Below the pieces are notes generated by a model. The model did no database searches. It had not been told where the DNA came from and worked only from the letters and a program-made list of their open reading frames with translations. The position numbers and the translations under genes were made by a program. This document shows positions 1-9,100 of a stretch of 61,166 nt of DNA, one piece after another. Within the stretch, counting starts at the first letter, position 1; every line of letters begins with the position of its first letter. Where the stretch lies: IMG/VR virus record IMGVR_UViG_3300034161_000007, positions 1 through 61,166 of that record, one strand, 5' to 3'. Origin of the DNA: a virus. Its lineage: Duplodnaviria; Caudoviricetes.

Positions 1-127
1 CTTGAGCTTTTTATAGGCTTGCTGGCGCGACAGGCCACCGCCGCCCGAGGATGGGCCGCCGAGGTTTTCGCTATCGATCACCCGATAGAACGGCACATAG
101 AATTCATCGCTCCAGGTGGCGCGCTGC
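1..127. repeat. 127-bp exact duplication of 61040-61166 (circular-assembly overlap)
   Basis: cttgagctttttataggc...ggtggcgcgctgc is identical at both ends; 127 is a standard assembler k-mer; the reading frame of the giant gene runs through the junction. Confidence 0.95.
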
Positions 128-3100
128 TCCGGGGTGATGATGCCCGACTGCTCGGCAATGCCCAGCACGTCGTCGCGGTGCTGCTGGAACTCTTTCCACA
201 CTTGCTGATAGAGCAGGCTGCGGCTTTTGCCGTCGGCCAGTTTGCCGCCGCTGAACTTGATACCCGCCTCGATTTCAGCCGGGGTGAACAGGTTTTCACG
301 GCCTTCGCCGAGCAGGCGCTTGGAGCGGTTGGCCGCGATCCAGCCCATGAAGCGGGTCATTTCCGCCACGCTACCGAGCTTGTTCAGGGTGTCGCCCAGG
401 CCTTTGCTGTTGTCGTGCAGGTCAATGACCTTTTCCACCGGGTCAAGGTAGATGCGACCGTGATGCAGCAAAGCATCCACGGCGCCGCCTGCGGCCTGGC
501 TCATGCGCGCCAGCACCCACGAACTGGAAGCAATCGAGCCTTCCAGCGTGTCGGCGCCGTACAGGGCTTGGTCATTGCGCATCAGCGGCGCGTACCGGTC
601 GACCGCCGCCTGGCGAATGCGCAGACCGAGGTTGTCAGTCAGTTGGCGCCAGCGATCCGCCAGCCGTTGCGGCAGTTTCTGCGGGCCGATCTTGTCGCTG
701 AAGCTGGTGGCGTCGGCATTGTTCTTGATGTCGTCGAAGTGGTCCGACAGCTTGACGCTGTAACGAATAGGGCCGTCGCTGGCCTTGGGCTCGCGATACA
801 TCGACTCACTGATTTCAAAGTTCTTGTTGCCACCTTTGTTTTCGACAAAGCCGAAGCGCTTATAGAACTGATTCAGGCGGGCCTTGCTACCACCGAAGTC
901 ACCCGAAGGCGTCAATACGATGGTCTTGCCGTTGGCGTCTGCCCATTCAGCGATCCGCCCCATAACCTGTGTGCCTGTTCCGGCGCTGCGCTCAGGCACA
1001 ACGATGCGCGACAGGTTGATTTGATCACCCTTGCCCAGCAGGTCGAGCTTCAAGCCGGGGAACTCAGCTTTGAGCTGTGTGCTCAGGTCTTCAGCGGTCA
1101 TTTCAGCCGGTGCGCTGAACATGGTCCCGGCCGGGCCGAACAGCTCGCCACGCTTGGCCAGCGCCATCGATACCAGCGCATCCTTGGCCATGGCGCGCAG
1201 TTGCGCCGGGGTGACTTGGCCCAGTTGCTTGCCGTAGCGGCTGAACAGCCAGTGCTTGATGGCACCCACCAGATCGTCAACCCACTTGCGGAAGGCGGCC
1301 GGCAGCTGCGCGTGCTCTTCAATGGCGTAGGCGCCGAACTCTTCGGCGGTCATACCATCGGCAACGGCGCCTTGATCCTGCGCCTGTTGTACGCGCTCAC
1401 GGGCGCGATCAAACACTTCGCGAGCCTTGCCGGTGGATTGCTCGGCCTGGCGGTGCAAACCGTCCAGGCGCTTCATCAGCTGCGCCCAGCGCTGCGAGCC
1501 GACCAGCTGCTCGCCACCACTATGAAACATTTCATGCAGCAGCACGCCGTTGGCGTTGCCCGGGGTCAGGTTGGCCGCCACCAGATGCACGGTGCCATCG
1601 GGAGTAGTGACCGCTTGCATGCCACGCACCGGCGTCACGCCGTCCGGCAGCGATTGCACGTTGCCGTGAACCACGATGTGCCCGGCGTCGATCAGCTTCT
1701 TGACCACCGGGCCAAACGGGCCTTGGGTAATCGCGTCGCGCACTTCCTGGTGCGAAGCCGGCTCGCCGACTGGTGCCGCCACCGACAGGCGATTACCGTC
1801 GCCCAGGTATTTCGAGCGGATGAAGAAGCCGCCGTTTTTAGGGAAGGTGTACGGGTCGATTTCCTTGGCTTCATCCTTGGTCAGATCGGTGCGCACGATA
1901 CCGGTGATGGTTTTACCCTTGCCGGTGACGTGCTCGATCATGACCGGCTTCGGCTCGGGTTTGCTGCTCGGCGAGCGGTCGGGCAGGTCCAGGTGCTCGA
2001 TGCGGTCGAACAGTTCGCCAGTCGACTGGGCATTGCTCAGGTTGATCGTGCGCGCATGAATGTTCAGTGCGTCGTCCGGGTTGCTGTGTTTCTCCAGCAC
2101 GATGACCTGCGTGTTGACCGCCGTGCCGGCGCGCTCGAAGGTCGAAGCCGGCATGTCGAAGGTGGCCACGCGGTGCAGGCTTTTTGCTTCATCACTTTCC
2201 AGGAAGGCCGCCAGGCGCTTATCGGTCAGGCCGCCACGCGGGATCAAGGCGACGATCCGCCCGCCTTCGCGCAGGTGCTTGGCCGCCTTGGCGACGTGCT
2301 CGACGGCGGTCTTGCCGCCGTTGCCGTAAGGCGGGTTCATCACCACGGCGTCGTACTTGTTGGTCAGGTGCAGCGACTCGAAGGTGTCGTTGATGATCCG
2401 CGCGTTGCCGTTGGCCAGGGCCGCCCGCTGCGACAGGTCATAACTCGGCTCGACCATGGTCACGTTGGCCTGCGGCGGGAAGAACCGCGCAATGGCGCCG
2501 TGCCCGGCCGACGGTTCCAGTACGTCGTCACCCTTCTGGATGTTGGCCCACTCGGCCATCTTGAAGCCGACCGGTTCCGGGGTGGCAAAGTAGTCGGTGC
2601 CTTCGCGCTGGTCGCGGCGCTTGGTGTTCTTCTGCTGGGCGAAGTAGTAGGCCTTGGCCTTGGCGAACGGGCTCAGTGCCGAAGCCGCGCCCAGCTCACG
2701 ATCCAGTTCCTTGCCGCCCTTGCCATCCTCGGCGCTCGGGGCCAGGTCTTCGGCGCCGTTGTAGGCGTCGATGAAGGATTGCTTCAAGCCGCGGGCTTCA
2801 GTGCCCAGCGCCAGGTTTTCAGCGGTCGAGGCGCGCTCGGCGATCTTGCTGGCGAAGGCGCTGGCCTCCCAGGCCGTGCCGGTGGTCAGGTAACGGAATG
2901 CCGCATCACTGGCTTGCCCGGTGCGGTAGGTGCGGCCCTCGATCTGGATCGCCGCCACAGGCTTGCCTGGCATGCCTAGGTTGATCAGCACGCGCATGTG
3001 CTGGCCGGTGGTGTCGTGCAAGCTGACGCCTTCACGGCCGGCGTCCGACTGCAAGACGATCAAGTCCTTGCCGCTGGTGTCGTCGTTGAAGGTGTCGGCG

Positions 3101-6100
3101 TTGCTGCGGCGCTTGGCCTTGGGCACGGTGCCGTTGAAGAACAGCGCATCCGGGAAGGCCGCCGCCAAGGTCTCAATCGGCGAATACAGGCCGTTAAGGT
3201 CCATCTTCTTGAAGATGTCCGGGCGTGCGGCAAAGGCTTCGCGGGCCAGCGCCCGGGTATCCGCCTCGGTGATGCTGGCCAGTCCGGCGTTGAACGGATC
3301 GAAGCCACCGCCCTTGTTGTAGTCGTGGAACACCACCACTTTGCGGCCGAGCTTCAGGTGCGCCTTGATCAGCGGCACTACGGCTTTAGCCTTGATCGAC
3401 TCCAGCAAGTACATGCGCTTCTGGTAGTCGAAGGTCGACATCACCGCGTTGTACACTTCGCGGTACTTGCCGTCCTCATGCTCGCGCAGGAAGGCCAGGC
3501 CTTGGTCGATCTTCTGGCCCACGGCGTCATCGACCATCACAAACTTGCGGTCGTAGTCGTAAGGCACTTCCAGGCGGCGGCCCGACAGCGCGCCGACGTC
3601 CTTCAGGTGCTGGTTAAACCCTTGCTCCATCAGTTCGGAGTCAACCCCAGCTTCCGGCGCGGTCAACTTGTTGTAACGCATGCGGTAGCCGAAGTGCTGC
3701 ATGAAAAACTTCTCACGCGCATCACCGCTGTTGTAGGCCGAACCGGCCATTTCCGCCTTGTTGCTGAAGCGCTCGGCCGGATCGACGTAATCGAACAGGT
3801 AGCCCTCGGCGTAGTCCACGCTTTTGACGTAGGCGAATGGCGTGGCCGACAGGAACAGGGTTTTTGGCAGGTCTTGTTGCTTGGCCCAGCGCGCTTGCCA
3901 AGCCTTCTTGGCTGGCTCTTCGATGGCGGCCCAGGCTTCAGCAGCGTCGTCGCGGGCTTCGGTCAGGGCGTCCAAGTCCTTGGCCGAGTAGTTGGCCAGC
4001 TGCTCCTGCTCGGGCATGGCGGCCTGCGCTTGTTGCAGCGCTTGCCATTCCTTGTGGTTGCGCTCGCGCACCCACTGATAGAAGCCATCCGGGTGACCGG
4101 TCAAGCCTTGCAGCTTGGTCAGCGCGCCCGTGCCTTCACCCTTCTCGTTGCTCGACAGGTAATGCGCCTCATCGGCCACGACCTGATCCCAGTCACGCAG
4201 GGCCAGGCTATCGTTGGCGCCGAAGTTGGCATAGGTGGTGATGACCTGGCCGTCTTTGCCGTTGTCGGTGGTGCCGGTCAGTTGTTTGAGGTTGACGCCC
4301 AGCATCTTGGCGAACTTCACCCAGTCCGAGGCGATCTTGTCGCTCGGCACGATGACGATAGCGTTGGGCTTGCCGGCGTTGATCGAGCGCACTACGACAC
4401 CCATGCCGCTGGCGGTCTTGCCGGTGCCGGTGCCGTTGGTGAGCAGCATGCCATTGCCAACGGCGTAACGCTGCTCGGCCTTGAGCACGTCACCGCGCTG
4501 GGGCTCAAGCAGAAGGGGCAAGGCTTGATCAATGTTGGCTTGGTCGCCGCGTACCGTTGGGGTGCCAGCTGCTTTTTTCTGCGCGGCTAGACGTTGACCG
4601 AACTCGTCGGCATCAGTGGCAGGAGCAGTTTCAACAATGTGCTCTGCTCGCTGGTGCTCAACGGGTTTTCCTGCGTCGCTATCGCCACCGCTTCGGGCGG
4701 ATTCAGCACCTCCGGCATCGCCGAGCGTAGGTCTGAATGCCCCGTCTGGTTGATGTACGCGCTGATCGCCTGATTCTCGGCCAGTAGCGGCGCCATCAGT
4801 TGGTAGGCGTTGATCACGCTGTCCGTCTGCCCGGCCTTCGACATCGCTTGCGCCTGGCTCGCCAGTGCGTCGTCCAGCTGCGGCTGGCTCATCGGAAAGA
4901 GCAGCTGCATCGACGGGTTTTGCAGGGGTTGCGTCTGTGCGATTTGATTCCACACGCTCGCCGGGACTTGCTGCATTTACTGCGCTCCCTTGTTGCGGCG
5001 TTTCACTTCGCGCGCCAGGTGCTGGTCGCTGTCCGTCTGTGCCACGCGCGCCAGTACCTGCGTCATCAGGTTGTGCGTCTCCGAAGAGGCCTTGTTGCTG
5101 GCTGGCTTGGGCTTCTTGGCGGTCGAGTTTGTCATGCGTGCCTCGGAGTAAGTCGGCGCCGGTCACTTCCGGGTCGCCAAACAGGTTAGTGCCCGGCTGG
5201 GTTGCGCGGGCCAACTGAGTATAGGTCAGAAGTGCGTCAGCTACTGTAGCTCGGCTGCGCGCACGCGCCAAGCTGGCGCCGCGATAGAACACGCCAACCC
5301 AGTCTTTGGTCGCCTGATCCAGTTCACCAGAGAAAATATCGTTCTGGTTCACCAGCTCATAAACCGACTTGCCCTGTGCGCGCGCTTGGCGCACCAGGTT
5401 CACCGCTTCGATCAGGTTCGGCGTCACGTCGACGGCCTTGGAGATTTGCCCGTCGCGCGATTCCTGGCGCATCTGCGCCCATGGTCCGGCCGCATCGAGC
5501 AGCGCGCTGCCAATCGACTTAATGTCGCTGTCAGTGCTCTCGAACAAGTCATTGATCAGGCTCGGCTCATCGTAGGCGGCCGATAGCAGCGCAGCCTCGA
5601 TCCGGCGCCGGCCTTCCTGCGACAACATGCCGTCGCTGTCCATCAGGCTGCCGCGATCACTCTTGCTGGCCACGTCGCCAATGAAGGCACGGACGAACTC
5701 GCGATTCGCCGCGCCCGCCACGTCGCCACCGTTGAACAGGTGCAGGAGGTCGCCCACCTTCTTGGCATCGGCCACGGCGCGCTCGGTTGAGCTCAGTGCC
5801 AGGGTGGTGCGTTCGTTGGCTTCGGTGGTGTAGGCCTGAAGCTGTTCGGTGGTCATCGGCGTGACGCGCTCGCGCACCAGGATCGGCGAAGCCATGCCGG
5901 CCACGTCGTAACCTTGCGATTCAAGCCAGTCGCGGTACTTCACCGCCGATTGATTGTCGAGGGCGTAGGCCTGACGAATTGCCAGGGTTCGGCCGTTGCC
6001 GCTTTCCACCACACCTTCCGGCGAGACAATCGGGGCGCCGTCGGTGGCGCTGGCGCTGTCGCCGAGCAGGCGCGGGTTCAGGTTCTTGGCCATGCCATTG

Positions 6101-9100
6101 ATCTGATCCAGCGATGCCGAGCGCGAACGGTCGCGCGGTTGCAGTTCTTTCGGGTAGGCCGGGTTGACCGGGCCGTCGACGAAATTGGACGTGATCAGGG
6201 TGTTCTCTTCGACCACCTTGTGCCGCACCTGGAACTCGGTGCCGGCCGGGGTGCTTACGGTTTCCAGCTTGCCAACTACCGAGGATTTCTCGGTGGTTGC
6301 CTTGCCGCCGCGATCAACATAATCGCTCGCCTGTCGCGGGCTCCAGCCGTTCTTGGCTTCCTTGCCTTCAGTTGGGTGGAACATATGGGTGAACTGCTGG
6401 CCATCGTCGCGCACAGTGCCCGGCGATTCAGGGTAATACAGCCACTGCTCGCCATCATGCTGGATCGGCACGGCGCCGTTCGCCTTGACCTTGGCCAACC
6501 ATGTAGCGTGTGCGGTTGGCTCGGTTTGAACTGTGGCAATTTTTGCCTTAGTTGCCGGTTCAGCTGCTGGGTTGTCCAGCTTGGCCAGTTCAGCGCGCAC
6601 GGTGTCGGCGTTGTCCATGCCGTCGACCGAGTGGCCGGCATCTTCCATCATGTCGCGCGCACCGTTGAACCAGCTGCGCAGGTACGGGCGCACTTTTTCC
6701 AGTGGTTGGCCCAAGTCCTCGGCCATGGTCTTGGCGAAAGCGGCGAACTGACGCACGCCGGCCTCGATGTGGAACACCGCCAGCTCGGTGCCCATTGCCA
6801 GAATCTCGGGATCGATGCCGCTGTTCAGCTGAGAGCCGTTCAGTTTGGCCTTGAGTTTGGCGCGCAGTTCGGCCGCGCGGTCCTGGCTCACCAGCTTGTT
6901 GCTGGCGCCGTACTCGGCCGCCTTGGCCAACTCCTTGGCGGTTTCAGCGGCTGGCGTTGGCGCCTCCAACTTGGCCGGCTGCTCGGCCGTCAATGGCTTG
7001 GTAAATGGTCGCTGGGGTGGCGCGATTGGCGCATCGCCAAACAGGTACTCTTCGGCGCCGTCTTTGTCGGCCGTCTGCGGCTTGTCACGGCCAGCCTCAA
7101 ACTGGCGGCGCGCAAAGCCATCGCCGCGCGCTTCAGCCTCGGCAATGGCGTTATCCATCAGCCACTGGTCAACCGCCTTGAGGGTGGCTGTCGTTTTGCG
7201 CGGGGTGTCAGTTTTAACATTTGGGAACGGTGTAGTGTTCCGACCGCTGGCGGTCTTGACGACTTCGCCGGAGCCCATCTTGTCGCCTACTTTGCCCTGG
7301 CGCACATCCTTCTCGACCTTCTGATAGGTCACACCTTTGCGCTCGGCCACAGCAAGGTCGGCATACGACAGGCTGGTGCCGCTGTTGGAGTCGATGCGCT
7401 TAACGTGGACGTTGCCCTGGCTGTCGATGCTCTCAACGGTGTAGGTCTGACCGCCGCTGATATAGCCGACGTCGCCGGAGGCAACGAATTGCTCGCCTTC
7501 CTTGATCCCACCCATGCGCTCACGCGCCGCTTGACGCTTGGCTTCTGCGCGCGCCTTGGCTTTCTGTTGCGGGCTCAGTGGCTTCGATGCAGGTTCAGCG
7601 GCTTTTGATGCAGGTTCTGCCGCTGGCGTTGCAGTTTTCGGCACTTCTGATGCAGGTTTTACCGTTTCTGTTGCGGCACCCGATGCTTTCCACAGGTCGG
7701 CAATCTTGAAGGTGTGCATGCGATCCACCGACAGCTCGCCAGCCTTGGCAAAGGGAGGGCTGTCGGTGAATGTGCGACCTTCACGCATGCCGGCGAACAC
7801 GGCATTAATGTTTTTTGCACCCTCGCTGCGGCGCCACTTCACATAGTCGACGGCGGCCTGACGCGCGGCGTTCACGTCGGCGCGATCAATTCCGTCATGT
7901 TCAAGGGCCGGGTCGTCAACACCATACTTAGACAGGTCTGGAACACCTTCTGTTTCGGCCAGCATCTTGCTGTAATCGGCACCGCTGTCGGTAGCGACCT
8001 GTTGAACCTTGCTCAGAGTGTCGCGGGCCTTGGCGATACCCGGGCGCAACTCTTCGACCAGCGCCTTGACGGCCGGGTCGTCCTTGCCGCGCGCCTTGAA
8101 TGCAGCCTTCAAGCGTTGCTCAGCCTGGCTCAGTGTGTTCAGCGCGGTATGCAGTTCACCCTCTACTGCGGATGGCAGCTTGCGCCGTTCTGCGCGAACG
8201 TCCGGTTTGTCGGTCTTTTCCTTAGTCGGCTTGATCTTGCCCGTCTCATCGCCGGCCTTGATCGAGGCATTAACCTCGGCCAAGTGCTGCTGAATTGGAA
8301 CGGCTTCGTACTTTTCAGTATTGAGCGCGTCGACCTTCTTCTGGTCGAAGGTTTCCATGATAACTTCGCCGGACGCCTTGTCGCGGATAACCCAACTAGC
8401 GGTGCGCGACAGGCTGTTAGTCGGCTCATTCTTCGGCTTCGCTTCCTTGGCACCGTCGACGATCTGCACATTGCGAAGCTCGTCCTGTAGCGCGCGGTGG
8501 ATAGCGGGCTCATCCATGCCTTGCTCGCGCATGCCCGCCATTCTGGCCTCAAGCGCTTCATCTTTCTGTGTGCGCTCTTCCTTCGCGGCTGCGCGGTCCT
8601 TGGCTTCTTCCGTGTTGCGCAGCTGGTCAGCCACGGCTTTGCCTTTCTTGGCATCGATGGCTTTGCCGATGGCCGTGCGGCGCTTCATCAGCACAGAGAA
8701 GCCGTTACGGCTGTCCTTGCTGTTCTTTTCCAGCGGGTAATCCTTGATCTGTTGGGCGATGTCCTTCAAGGCAGCGCGCAGCTGCGGCTCGTCCAGGTCG
8801 TTAATGCCTTGCTCGGCTTCACGGTTCAGGCGGTCGCTCAGTAATTCGTGCTTGCGGGTTTCGCCAGCTGCGGCCGGCTCTTCCTTGGCGGCTGGCGCTT
8901 CAGGCTCGACCACGTCGGTCAGCGTCGGCACTTCTTCGGTCAGCGTTGGAATATCAACCCCGGGTTTCACCACGTCCGTCAGGGTCGGGATTTTGCCGAC
9001 TTTACCGGTGGTTGGAACAGATGGGGTCGCCTGCGCCGGTTGTGCCGCTGGTGCCGGTTCGGTGACTGGCGCATTGGCGCGTTCGAGCTGGACGCCATCG

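Noticed and set aside
8163-8654. A second overprinted ORF in the giant gene (163 aa)
   Set aside because: R/S/P-rich composition typical of off-frame GC-rich sequence, and the main frame looks normally constrained here
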